Positions 13,414 to 24,999 of a stretch of DNA of 64,000 nt are shown in pieces. This DNA is from Eledone cirrhosa (taxonomy: Eukaryota), in the NCBI GenBank assembly GCA_964016885.1, contig OZ024743.1, forward strand, positions 197,842,001 through 197,906,000, written 5' to 3'. The stretch's first letter is position 1; each line of letters opens with the position of its first letter. Both the position numbers and the translations under genes were made by a program. The notes beneath the pieces were generated by a model that was given only the letters and a program-made list of their open reading frames with translations, was not told where the DNA came from and searched no databases.

Positions 13414-14135
13414 TAGGACCTCCAATCTTTTGTAAGGTGAAACCGTCGGTAAAAACAAATGGAATAGGTAAATATTTAAATTATATTTTTTAATTTATTT
13501 AAAAAATGTTTTTGAATCTTACTTGCTCAGCTTATTTTATAGTTCTGGTATGTCAAATTAATACTATAGAGCAACCACTGTATCATAGACACCCTATATA
13601 TTTCCAGTGGTACTTAGTACCTGTAGGGATATTAATTTCCTTTTGTATATACTCCGTTATGTAGAGAAAAAGACCGTTGTTTTATTTAGCTGCTATTTTT
13701 AATGGCGAGATAGACAATACGTCTATGTTTACTTCCGCTTCTACTAAGAGCTGGTTCATGCATAGGTCAAGTTTACGGCTCCATTCGATCCTATGCTAGC
13801 TGGCAGGTAGCACTATATTTTGCTGTTCCCGGGACTTTTGTCCTAGGTAAGGAAAATGCTCTCTGATGATCCGAACATTTCCATTGTAAGTCCCTAGGAC
13901 CTCCAATCTTTTGTAAGGTGAAACCGTCGGTAAAAGCAAAAGGAATAGGTGAATATTTAAATTATATTTTTTCATTTATTTAAAAATATTGTTTGAATCT
14001 TACTTGCTCCGCTTATCTCAATTTTATAGTTCTGGTATGTCAAATTAATACCATAGAACAACCACTGTATCATAGATACCCTATATATTTCCAAGGGTAC
14101 TTAGTAGCTGTGAGGATATTAATCTCCTTTTGTAT
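13414..14135 (+). mobile_element. 481-bp-period direct repeat (1.5-mer) carrying a hammerhead; pLTR/retrozyme-like
   Basis: TAGGACCTCCAATC... occurs at 13414 and 13895, with about 235 bp duplicated. (TA)n on both sides. Confidence 0.8.
13857..13938 (+). ncRNA. Type I hammerhead ribozyme
   Basis: tgctct CTGATGA tcc...ggt GAAA ccg t cgg TA aaagca. Confidence 0.75.
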
Positions 14136-14252
14136 ATATATATATATATATATATGCAGGGATTCCAGTTCTTTAATTCAACCCTCAAATACGTGTTTGT
14201 GTGTGTGTGAGTGTATGTGTGTGCATGTGTGTGTGTGTATGTGTTTGTGTGT

Positions 14253-14307
<55 letters not shown>

Positions 14308-14701
14308 CGTGTGTTTGTGTTTGTGTATTTTAATCATTTCAGTTATTGGATAGAACCCATTCCGGGGCCTCGAAGGGTTTTTAGTCGATCATATTAACTG
14401 TAGAGTTTGTTTTGTAAAGTCTGACATTATTTGATCGATTGCGTCTGAAGAATCACTAAATTACAGACAAATACTCACACACACACACACATACACAAAA
14501 ACACACACAAACACCTGCGTGGACATGGAAACACAAACGCCCATACAACGAAGTTCCGAGCTGTTTACGTCTTCCAATATTTTTTCATTGGTAAGCCTTA
14601 GGCTATAGTTGAAGACACGTGTCCAAGGTGCGACGCACCGGGACTGAAGCCGAATCCCTGTGTATTTGTACATACACACACACACACACGCGCGCGCACA
14701 A

Positions 14702-14821
<120 letters not shown>

Positions 14822-15064
14822 ACATTAATATAAATATATATATGCCTCTAGGCATGAGGCTGTGTGCTACACACATATATGTCTCTATATGTGAATAAGT
14901 AATCTCTATGCTTTAGATATGTCTGATAACCCTGTGGGAGAACAGACCATCTGTTTGTTGGATGTAGTTTCTTTTTATGAAATTATCGTGATCCAATCCA
15001 CCCCTTTCACGTTTCATTTTCCAGTGCCCTGACTTTTTTCCCTTTCTATTTATCTCTATCTCCC

Positions 15065-15077
15065 TATCTATCAATCA

Positions 15078-15136
<59 letters not shown>

Positions 15137-15145
15137 AATCAATCA

Positions 15146-15202
<57 letters not shown>
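15065..15202. repeat. (TATC)n/(TCAA)n microsatellite; 5' flank and target of the Tx1 stack
   Basis: Direct reading. Confidence 0.95.
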
Positions 15203-15420
15203 CGATGGACACATGTGCTGAGCTCGCTCGGTAAGTTTTTGTTTAAATTCATACGGAAATTGTAAACTGTAAACTTTCATTTTTGTATCATTTTGTAGAG
15301 GGACTGCCAGGTCAAATTTTGATCTGGTCGGTCTCTCAAAATATTCTGCGCCTTTGGGCGAAATAGTATTGTGAACATTTTATCTTTCGAAAAACTTCGA
15401 AAAACCCTATTTTGAGAAAA

Positions 15421-15597
15421 ATGGCTGAATCATCTTCACCATCAATCAAAGAAGGAAAGGGGAAGTCATACTCACAGCTTCCCCCTGCCACTGTCACAGC
15501 AGCAGATGCCAAAGGCAGAGGTCAGAGAGAGGAAGAATTGTCTTCACCTGTTGACCGACCACTAGATGTAGCCACAACTACACAAGAATTTGAAAAC

Positions 15598-15628
<31 letters not shown>

Positions 15629-17271
15629 GCAACAATAAAGACAACAAAAACAACAACAACACAAACGTCACAAGTATCCACACACGAAACGAGAAAGACA
15701 ACAACAACAACAAAGATGAAAACAACTCAAACGACGAGAAACAAAACAATACTAATATCCAAAACGAAAACAAAATATCTTTTGCACAAACGGCTAAATT
15801 ATCAGTCGCTTATGTGCTGGAAGATATTTCAAAAGCAAAAGAAATGCTGGAAAAAGCCAAGAAATATGTGTCTTTTGGCGAAAACGGATCGTTTTCTATA
15901 CATTCACCTCCGGAGCTAAAAAGACAGACGGAATTACGAACTGTCGTATTCCGAACAATTTTAAATAAAACAAAGAAACCAGCGCAACCATCTCAAGCGG
16001 AAACTCAGTTAGTCTTGAAAGACGCGATGAGAGACATCACTTTCATACAAAAGGATAAACTCTATGGGAGTTTATCCATATTGATGAAAGACGAATTGGC
16101 GGCAAAAAAATACTCTGTGTCGCCAATTCGGTCCACACACTACACCTTCTTCCCTACCTACATGGGTAAAAAACCCCAGAGGATATGGATAACCACCATC
16201 ACCCCAAACATAAACTACTGGTGGTTACTAACCGGTTTCCTCAATTTAGACGAGGACAACCTCATCTCAATAGGGAAGGCATCCGGCGACGCGTTCAGTG
16301 GAACGAGCATCGAAGTTCTGACCCAAATAAGGCCAGAACGCATCGCCCAAATCCCTGAGCGCGTCATGCTGGATGACCGTACCCACCTCAACATTATTGT
16401 GGAGGGTAGGCGTCCCTCCTGTTACCTCTGTGGCAATAGAGGTCACCTGAGGGCTGCCTGTCCCCAGCTCACACAGAAAAAAACACTGCTACCAACACCA
16501 ACACCACCCCAACTACAACAACAAAAACAACCACAACAACAACAAAAACCAACAACCCCACCACCACCACCACAACAACAACAACAACAAACACGTGAAA
16601 AAATAACACAGAATACTGTCCCACCCAATCCCTCCCCACCCAAAACAAATACAAAAACACGCACACCGCAAACACTACCAGAAAACATACCCCTTCCACC
16701 CAACAAGGAAGACGAACCTCTTTCGTCGCAAGACGAAAAAGATCCCTTCCAACAAGTAAAAAGAAAGAAGAGGAGACGCACCACAGACACACATGTTAAC
16801 TTTAATCCCCCCCAAGAGAACACAAACTACACACAAACCACCCCTCCCTGTCACACAACACTAACTGCTACACAAAAAAAGACATTACAATACACATACA
16901 TGAACACAGACAACAAAGAATTACGGAAAACAATTTCAGCAAACCCTTCGGTCCAAACCGAAGGGCCAAACTTTATAACTGCTGTGGGACTACCTCATTT
17001 GAAAATGATAAAAGTCCCAATGCACTTGTACAAAACACTGAAAATAAATTTCACGGAGGACGTGGGCCCCCCCTGCGCCAAACCAATCAACCGCGTCCTC
17101 CTAAAAAATTTCACCCCCCCACCTCACCCAGACACCCACTCAACGACAAACACCCCAACCCCACAACACACCGATGCCCCTTCACTTCCACAAACCACAA
17201 CCCCACCCAACAACCCATCCCCAACCAGCATGGAAATTGAGCGGCCCGTTTCCCGGGACGCAGAGAGGTAA
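15421..17271 (+). CDS. ORF1 nucleic-acid-binding (gag-like) protein of Tx1-like element
   Basis: Open frame of about 616 aa from ATG 15421. CCHC zinc knuckle CYLCGNRGHLRAAC (16420-16461), basic KRKKRRR motif, N/Q/P/T low-complexity tracts. Confidence 0.9.
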
Positions 17272-17295
17272 GTGCCTTTTCTCTTTACCACCAAC

Positions 17296-20200
17296 ATGGC
17301 TGTGCTAAGAGTAGGGTGTCTAAATGCGCGTGGCCTGGGCTCGTCTTGGAAGCAAGCAATGCTTCTAAATGACCTCAGGTCACAATCTATAAATGTGATG
17401 GTTATCTGCGAGGCCCGGATCAGCAGCATGCGACAGCTAGCCCCCACCTTTGACGACTTTGAGATGCACGCATCTCTCTGTCAGCCCGGAGGTGGGGGTG
17501 GGGTTGTCGTTCTGCTGCAAAAACATATGGGCCTTGCAACACAGATAGTTCACGTGGACCCAGGGGGTCGACTGGTGGTGCTGGACCTTGGCAGTGGTGA
17601 AGGTAGAGCCTTTAGGCTGATAGCCGCATATGCCCCTTTTGGGACAGAGCGGCCCGACTTTTTCCAGCGTCTGGAGTCTTTTCTAGGGACGTCCCGTTCC
17701 CTGCTTTTAGTGGGGGATTGGAATGGTATCCTGGATGCACGTTGGGACTATGCAGGGGCATGTCCCGATAGAGAGGGGTGCAACAGCCTCAAGGGGTTAC
17801 TCGGCCGATTTGACCTGGCCGATAGATTTCGACTAGATTTTCCGACGGTGCCAACCTGGTCTTGGTCAAATCGCAGCGGATCATCTAGATCGTACCTAGA
17901 TAGATTTTTAGTTAGAAATAAGGACAGGGACTTTTTAAGTTGTCCAGAAATGCTCATGGTTGGCTATTCAGACCACAAGTTGGTGACCTGCATGGTCAAC
18001 CTTGATAGAACGCATAGACAGGGCCCCGGTTACTGGAAGCTCAACTTGTCCTTGCCGGCAAGTAGAGCCTACAGGAATCGGATTAGTACGTTAGTTAAGG
18101 AACGGTTGACTGGAGCGATCGTCAACAGCAGGTGGTGGGTATCTCTAAAGAGAGAGATTAGAGTAGTCTCGATTGAATTTAGTAAGGTTCTAGCTGCGGA
18201 TAGGAATAGGAAGGAAAGGGAGCTAATAGATAGAGTAGAAGAGGCAATTAGAAGCGGCGACGTGGCCAGAGTGCTAGCGTCGAGAACGGCTTTGAGCCAG
18301 TTTTTCGACGCGAAGCACGAAGGCTGCGTTGTCCGAAGTAAAATACGTGCTCTAGGGAACGAGGGGGCCAAAGCTGTTAGCTGGGCCCGCGTGACAGAGG
18401 CCAACAGTGGAACTAAATCCACCATCCGGTCTTTGCGAGACCTGGATGGACGGGCGATTCTTGAGCCTAAGCAGATGTGTGAGGCCTTTCAAAGGCACTT
18501 TGCCCGACTGTTCGGGAGGGGCGGGGAGCCGGTTGGAAACGTGGACTTCGGTCCATACCTCGACGGCCTGCCGCGCCTCGCGGACAGGGAGGCGAAGTCT
18601 TGCGAGGAGCCGATTTCGGCCGCTGAGATAGAGGACGTGCTGGGCCAATGCGGCAAACGCAAATCCCCGGGTCTCGATGGTCTTCCTTACGAATTATATC
18701 TAGCTATGCCGGACTTGTTCCCCGATCTCCTCGAGGCGGTCTACTGCAACTGGCAACAGAACGGGAGAATTCCCTGTACTGTGACCAAGGGCGTAGTCAC
18801 GCTAGTGAGGAAGGACGAGAACAAGGGGGACGAAATAAGTAACTTCAGGCCCATAACTCTGCTAAATACAGAGTTACAGATTTTGGCCAAGGTGCTAGCA
18901 AAGAGGTTGGCGCTTGTCGTGGGCAACCTGGTGGGAGATGCGCAGACATGCGCTATCCCGTCCAGGTCCATCCATGACAACCTCCACCTCATGCGATACA
19001 TCATAGAGAGGGTTGGGAACGAACCCGGCTTTGGTGGGGCTCTGATCAACTTGGATCAATCTAAGGCGTTCGATAGGGTCGACCATGGTTACCTGGATGC
19101 GGTGCTAGCGGCGGCAGGCTTCGGACCCGTTTTCAGGGGCTGGATCACTGCTATGCACAGCAGCCGCATCTGCTCTAGGGTCAAGGTGAACGGCTACCTC
19201 TCGGAGCCGTTCAAAATCGCGCGGTCCATCCGACAAGGGTGCCCTCTCTCCTCCCTTCTGTATGTGTTGACTCTCGAGCCACTACTGCGGAAGTTGGAGT
19301 TGTTGCAGGGCATCCCTTTGGAACCGGGATTGCGGAAAGCGGTGTCAGCCTACGCCGATGATGTGACAGTAATGGTGTCGACGGCCTCCGAAATCGAGGC
19401 GGTCGGCACCTTACTGGAGGAGTACGAAAAGTTCACAGGGGCTAAGCTGAACCGGGACAAGTCGATCGGTTTGCAACTCGGCACGTGGAGGGGCAGACCG
19501 ATGCCCTCCGATGGCGTCGTCGGACGCTGGACGGAGGGCCCGGTGAAGTTGCTCGGGGTCTGGTTCGGACCGGACCTCCAGGTGGAGAAAAACTGGGCGG
19601 AGGTTACGAACAGGGTGTTTGCACTGACCCAGAAGTGGGCCAGTTGCAAACTATCCCTGAAAGGTCGGGCGGAGGTGGCGAACACTTATATAGCGTCCGT
19701 CATCTACTACCGCCTGACCGTAGTGCCCTGCCCAAGGGAAACCCTCACCAAGATGGAGCGCGCGCTCTTCCAATTCCTTTGGAAGGGGCGGGCTCCTATG
19801 GTGAGGAGATCCATCTGCTGTCAACACCCTTCGAAAGGAGGGCTGGGGATGCCGTGGCTAATGATGCGTAAACACGCATTAAGGCTACGGCACCTCTACG
19901 TATTCCTCACCGGACAACCGGTGTGGGCCCCGTTTGTGAGACGAACCTTTCCCAGACTCATCTCACTCACCGAACTGCAATCCTGGGTCAAGCAGAGACC
20001 GAGAAAACTGGGCGCCTGGCACACTGAGTGTGCCCAGGCGCTCACCGCCCTCTGGCAGGCGGATCCGGTTATCAGTGGAGACTCCACCGCAACATTCTAT
20101 AGAGGGCTGGTACGCAGCAGGTGCGACGACGCCCTCGGAGAAGCCCTAGACATGGAGGAGGACGAACTGGCCAGCCTGTTCGGTAGGACATTCAGCCCGG

Positions 20201-20733
20201 GACCTATGGACAACTTCCAGAAGTCCCTGGCCTGGCAGTGCTACCGAGGGGCTTTACCCGTTCGAGAAAGGCTCTACAGACACGGGCGCCCGGGTAGGGA
20301 CCCCGCCAAAAAGATCTGTCCCAGATGCGTGTGCGACGAGGAAACCGTTGCACACGCATTGGTACACTGCTCGGGCGTAGCCGATCTGTGGGGCTATGTC
20401 GAACAACTGCTGTCAAGGGTGGGACCGATCCGGTTGACCACCGAGTCTATTGTAATGATCAAGCCGCCTCCCCCCTTCAAAGATGAAGCAGAGGCGGTGT
20501 TTCTGTGCGTAATAGCCATGGCGAAAGAGGTTGTATGGTGGACGCGTCTGAAAGGACTGAGGTCGGGCGCCTTTCTCTCTGGCCAACAACTGGTCCGTTT
20601 CTTCCGATATCATTTCGGAAGAAGGATCAGGATGGAGAGAGAGGTGCTGCACCCCAGTCGTTTTTATGAAAGGTGGGTGAAAGTGGCGAGAATGGCCCGT
20701 GTGAATGGGCCTTCTCTTTACATAAGCCTGTAG
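17296..20733 (+). CDS. ORF2: APE endonuclease + reverse transcriptase + C-terminal zinc finger
   Basis: APE motifs CLNARG, GDWN, SYLDRF, SDH. RT motifs KSPGLDG, FRPITLLN, DQSKAFDRV, RQGCPLS, YADD. C-terminal CPRC...ETVAHALVHC. First ATG at 17296; the frame is open from 17272. Confidence 0.95.
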   Translation: MAVLRVGCLNARGLGSSWKQAMLLNDLRSQSINVMVICEARISSMRQLAPTFDDFEMHASLCQPGGGGGVVVLLQKHMGLATQIVHVDPGGRLVVLDLGSGEGRAFRLIAAYAPFGTERPDFFQRLESFLGTSRSLLLVGDWNGILDARWDYAGACPDREGCNSLKGLLGRFDLADRFRLDFPTVPTWSWSNRSGSSRSYLDRFLVRNKDRDFLSCPEMLMVGYSDHKLVTCMVNLDRTHRQGPGYWKLNLSLPASRAYRNRISTLVKERLTGAIVNSRWWVSLKREIRVVSIEFSKVLAADRNRKERELIDRVEEAIRSGDVARVLASRTALSQFFDAKHEGCVVRSKIRALGNEGAKAVSWARVTEANSGTKSTIRSLRDLDGRAILEPKQMCEAFQRHFARLFGRGGEPVGNVDFGPYLDGLPRLADREAKSCEEPISAAEIEDVLGQCGKRKSPGLDGLPYELYLAMPDLFPDLLEAVYCNWQQNGRIPCTVTKGVVTLVRKDENKGDEISNFRPITLLNTELQILAKVLAKRLALVVGNLVGDAQTCAIPSRSIHDNLHLMRYIIERVGNEPGFGGALINLDQSKAFDRVDHGYLDAVLAAAGFGPVFRGWITAMHSSRICSRVKVNGYLSEPFKIARSIRQGCPLSSLLYVLTLEPLLRKLELLQGIPLEPGLRKAVSAYADDVTVMVSTASEIEAVGTLLEEYEKFTGAKLNRDKSIGLQLGTWRGRPMPSDGVVGRWTEGPVKLLGVWFGPDLQVEKNWAEVTNRVFALTQKWASCKLSLKGRAEVANTYIASVIYYRLTVVPCPRETLTKMERALFQFLWKGRAPMVRRSICCQHPSKGGLGMPWLMMRKHALRLRHLYVFLTGQPVWAPFVRRTFPRLISLTELQSWVKQRPRKLGAWHTECAQALTALWQADPVISGDSTATFYRGLVRSRCDDALGEALDMEEDELASLFGRTFSPGPMDNFQKSLAWQCYRGALPVRERLYRHGRPGRDPAKKICPRCVCDEETVAHALVHCSGVADLWGYVEQLLSRVGPIRLTTESIVMIKPPPPFKDEAEAVFLCVIAMAKEVVWWTRLKGLRSGAFLSGQQLVRFFRYHFGRRIRMEREVLHPSRFYERWVKVARMARVNGPSLYISL

Positions 20734-20997
20734 GTGGAAAAGAGGAAGGAACGAGGGAGCACCCCCTCTCTGTGCTCCTGAGGAAAAGGGTTGCACACTT
20801 TTTTCGGGGGTGTGTGCGACCCCCCAAGGCGCCTCCTCTCTATTGAGGATTTTGTTAAAAATTTTATTTTTTGTTATATCTTATTTTATTTTTATATTTT
20901 GTTATTGCCTCCTCCTTATTGAGGACGCCTTTTTGTGTAAACTCCCCCCTTTGTACTTGTCCCACTTTTGATGCCCTAGTGGCAAATAAAAGAAACT

Positions 20998-21070
20998 TAT
21001 CTATCCATCCATCCATCCATCCATCCATCCATCCATCCATCCATCCATCCATCCATCCATCCATCCATCC

Positions 21071-21121
<51 letters not shown>
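20998..21121. repeat. (TCCA)n/(TATC)n spacer between Tx1 copies A and B1
   Basis: Direct reading. Confidence 0.95.
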
Positions 21122-21602
21122 GAGGCGGTTTTCCTTTGTGTGATAGCTATGGCGAAAGAGGTTGTATGGTGGACAAGGTTGAAAGGGCTGAGGTCAGACA
21201 CCTTTCTCTCCGGCCAACAACTGATTCTTTTTTTCAAATACCACTTTGGAAGAAGAATCAGGATGGAGAGAGAGGTGCTGTACCCCAGCAAGTTTTATGA
21301 AAGGTGGGTGAAAGTGGCGAGAATGGCCCGAGTGAATGGGCCTTCTCTCTATATCAGCCTGTAGATTGAGGAAAAGGAGGAGGAGAGGAAAGGAGTACAA
21401 GCTCTTCGTACTCCTGGAGATGAGGGTTGCACATTTTTTCGGGGGTATGTGTTACCCATATAAACTGTCTCCCTCTATTGGGGAAAATCGACTAACTTTT
21501 AAATTCCATCTGTGATAACATTTTACACGTTTTTATTGTATGTAAACTTCCCCCTTTGTATTTGTCCCCTTCTTTTGTGCCCCTGTGGCTAATAAAGAAA
21601 TA
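21122..21602 (+). mobile_element. 5'-truncated Tx1-like copy B1 (ORF2 C-terminus + 3' UTR)
   Basis: Encodes IAMAKEVVWWTRLKG...GPSLYISL. Ends AATAAAGAAATA followed by (TATC)n and is preceded by (TATC)n. Confidence 0.93.
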
Positions 21603-21615
21603 TATCTATCTATCT

Positions 21616-24600
21616 AAACTATAAGTCTTTAAAGGAAAACTTTCCTAAGGACGTGGGTAATCCTTGTGTTAGACCCATTAACCGCGTCCTTTTAAACAGT
21701 TTCCCCACCCTCACCCCATACACACCCACCTCAGACACCCCCACCCCACCAAACATCTCAGTCCCCATCCCGCCGGAACACTACCCATCCAGACAACCCC
21801 TCTAACACCCCCATAGAAACCGTGCGGCCTGATTCCCGGGAGACGAAGAAGTGAGTGTTTTCTTCTCTTCTTCTTTTATCTTTTCAGAACCAACATGGCC
21901 AATATAAGAGTTGGATGTGTGAATGTACGCGGCCTGGGGATCCCCTGGAAACAGGGCAAACTCTTAAACGACCTCAGGTCGCACAGTATGGATGTAGTAG
22001 CCATTTGCGGGTCCAGGATCCACAGCGATCGACAGCTGGCACCCATCTTCGATGACTTTGAGATCTACGCATCTCTCTGTCGGCCGGGGGGTAGGGGCGG
22101 GGTTGCCGTTTTGCTGCGGAAACACTTGGGTCTCGTAACACAGACTGTACATCTGGACCCGGAGGGTCGACTGGTGGTCCTAGACATTGACGGTAGTGAA
22201 GGTGGAGCCTTCAGGCTGCTGGCCGCATATGTCCCATCCGGGACACCGCGGCCAGATTTCTTCAAACATCTAGAGACTTTTAGTGGGGGACTGGAATGGA
22301 ATCCTAGAGGTACGTTGGGACTATCTGGGAGCATGTCCCGATAAAGGGGGGTGTAACAGCCTCAAACAGTTAATCGGCCGATTTGACCTGGCCGATAGAT
22401 ATCGACTAGATTTTCCGACTGTGTCACTGTGGACGTGGGCTAAAGGTAGCGGAGCATCTAGATCATACCTAGATAGGGTTCTAGTTAGAAATAAGGATAG
22501 GGACATGTTAAGCTGGCCACAAATGTTCATGGTTGCCTATTCAGATCACAAACTAGTGACCTGCATGGTCAACCTTGATAGAACCCATAGACAAGGACCC
22601 GGCTACTGGAAGCTGAACTTGTCGTTACCGACATTACAAAGCCTACAATAGACGGATTAACACTTTAGTTAAACAGCATTGACAGGGGCCATTGTCAACA
22701 ACAGATGGTGGTACTCTCTCAAGAGGGCAGTTAGATTAGACTCGTTAGTTTTAGTAAAGAATTAACGTTAGATAGAAATAGAACCGAGAAGGAACTGGTA
22801 GAAGAGGTAATTAGAAGTGGCAACGTAGCTAGCGTGCTAGCAACGAGAACGGCCTTGGACCAGTTCTTCAACGCAAAGCACGAAGGCTGCGTTGTCAGAA
22901 GCAAAATACCGGGAAACGAGGGAGCCAAAGCTGTTAGCTGGGCCCGAGTGACGGAGGAAAAAAGTGGTAACAAGTCCACGATTCGGTCTTTGAAGGACCA
23001 AAACGGACGCGTGAAACGTGAGCCGAAGCAGATGTGTGCGGCCTTTCAGCGGCACTTTGCTCAACTGTTAGGGAAGGGCGGCGCGCCGGGAGGGGCTATG
23101 GATTTCGCTCCATACCTCGACGGCCTACCGCGACTCTTTGACAGCGAGGCGACGTTCTGCGAAAAGCCGATTTCAGGCGCTGAGATAGGGGACGCGCTGA
23201 GCCAATGCGGCAAACGCAAATCTCCAGGTCTCGACGGTCTACCCTACGAATTTTACGTAGCAATGCCGGACTTATTCTCCTGTCTCCTGGAAGCGGTCTA
23301 CTGCAACTCGCAACAGAACGGCAGAATTTCCAGTTCTGTGACCGGGGGCGTAATCACCCTAGTCAGGAAGGACGAGAAAAAGGGGGATGACATAGGGAAC
23401 TTCCAGCCCATAACTCTGCTAAACACAGAGTTACAGATTTTGGCCAAGGTATTGGCAAAGAAGCTGGCGCTTGTCGTCGAGAACCTGGTGGGAGAAACGC
23501 AGACATGCGCAATCCCGACCAGGTCCATACACGACAACCTCCACCTCACGCGATACATCATAGAAAGGGTAGGGTGTAAACCCGGTTTCGGTGGGTCCCT
23601 GATCAACTTGGATCAGTCTAAGGCTTTCGATAGGGCGACCATCGTTACCTGGATGCGGTGCTCGAGGCAGCAGGCTTCGGACCCGTGTTCAGGGGTTGGA
23701 TTGCTGCAATGCATAGCAGCAACATCTGCTTAAGGGTCAAGGGGAACGGCTACCTCTCGGAGCCGTTCCATATCACGCGATCCATTCGACAGGGATGCCC
23801 TCTCTCCTCCCTTCTGTACGTACTGACTCTCGAGCCACTACTGCGGAAGTTGGAGTTATTTCACGGCATCCCTCTGGAACCGAGACTGCGGAAAGCGGCG
23901 TCGGCCTACGCCGACGACATAACAGTAATGGTGTCGAGCGCCTCGCAAATCGAGGAAGTCGGCACTTTACTGAAGGAATACGAAAGGTTCACAGGAGCGA
24001 AGCTGAACCGGGACAAGTCCATCGGTTTGCAATTCGGATCGTGGAGAGGCAGACTGATGCCTTCCGATGGTGTCGTCGGACGCTGGACGGAAGGACCGGT
24101 AAAGTTGCTCGGGGTCTGGTTTGGTCATTCTATAGAGGGTTAATCCGCAGCAAGTGCGACGAGCGCTCAGTGAAACTCTAGGCGTAGAGGAAGACGAACT
24201 GGCCATTCTGTACAGTAGGACCTTCCGCGCGGGACCGATGGACAACTTCCAAAAGTCCCTGGCCTGGCAGTGCTACCGAGGAGCTCTACCAGTTCGAGAC
24301 AAGCTCTACAGACATGGGCGCCCGGGCAGGGACCCTGAAAAAAAGATCTGTCTGAGGTGCGTGCTAGCCGAAGAAACCGTCGCGCACGCATTCATACACT
24401 GCCCGGGCGTCACCGACTATTGCCGCGGGTGGGACCAATGCGGTTGACCACCGAGTCCATTGTCATGATCAAACCGCCATCCTCCTTCAAAAACGAAGGA
24501 GAAGCGGTCTTCCTTTGTGTGATAGCTATGGCGAAAGAAGTTGTATGGTGGACAAGGTAGAAAGGGCTGAGGTCAGACACCTTTCTCTCCGAGCAACATC

Positions 24601-24981
24601 TGATTCTTTTTTTCAAATACCACTTTGGAACAAGAATCAGGATGGAGAGAGAGGCGCTGTACCCCAGCAAGTTTTATGGAAGGTGGGTGAAAGGGGCGAG
24701 AATGGCCCGAGTGAAAGGGCCTTCTCTCTATATCAGCCTGTAGGTTGAGGAAAAAGAGGAGGAGGGGAAAGGAGTACAAACTTTTCGTACTCCTGGAGAT
24801 GAGGGTTGCACATTTTTTTTCGGGGGTACGTGTTACCCATATGTAATGTCTCCCGCATTGGGGAAAATCGACTAATTTTTAAATTGCATTTGTGATAATA
24901 TTTACACGTTTTTATTGTATGTAAACTCCCCCCTTTGTATTTGTCCCCTTCTTTTGTGCCTCTGTGGCTAATAAAGAAACA
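21616..24981 (+). mobile_element. 5'-truncated, degenerate Tx1-like copy B2 (end of ORF1, frameshifted ORF2, 3' UTR)
   Basis: ORF fragments 21895-22344, 22283-22651, 22834-23733 and 23658-24143 align to copy A ORF2. About 0.5 kb is deleted at about 24126. TATC repeats lie on both sides. Confidence 0.93.
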
Positions 24982-24999
24982 TATCTATCTATCTATCTA

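Larger units (their letters stand above)
15203..20997 (+). mobile_element. Full-length Tx1/L1-clade non-LTR retrotransposon (copy A) inserted in a (TATC)n microsatellite
   Basis: Starts right after the (TCTA)n tract ending at 15202. Two intact ORFs, a 3' UTR with AATAAA at 20985-20990, then TATC/TCCA repeats with no poly(A). Confidence 0.95.

Noticed and set aside
15190-21010. Target-site duplication for Tx1 copy A
   Set aside because: It cannot be defined because both flanks are the same microsatellite.
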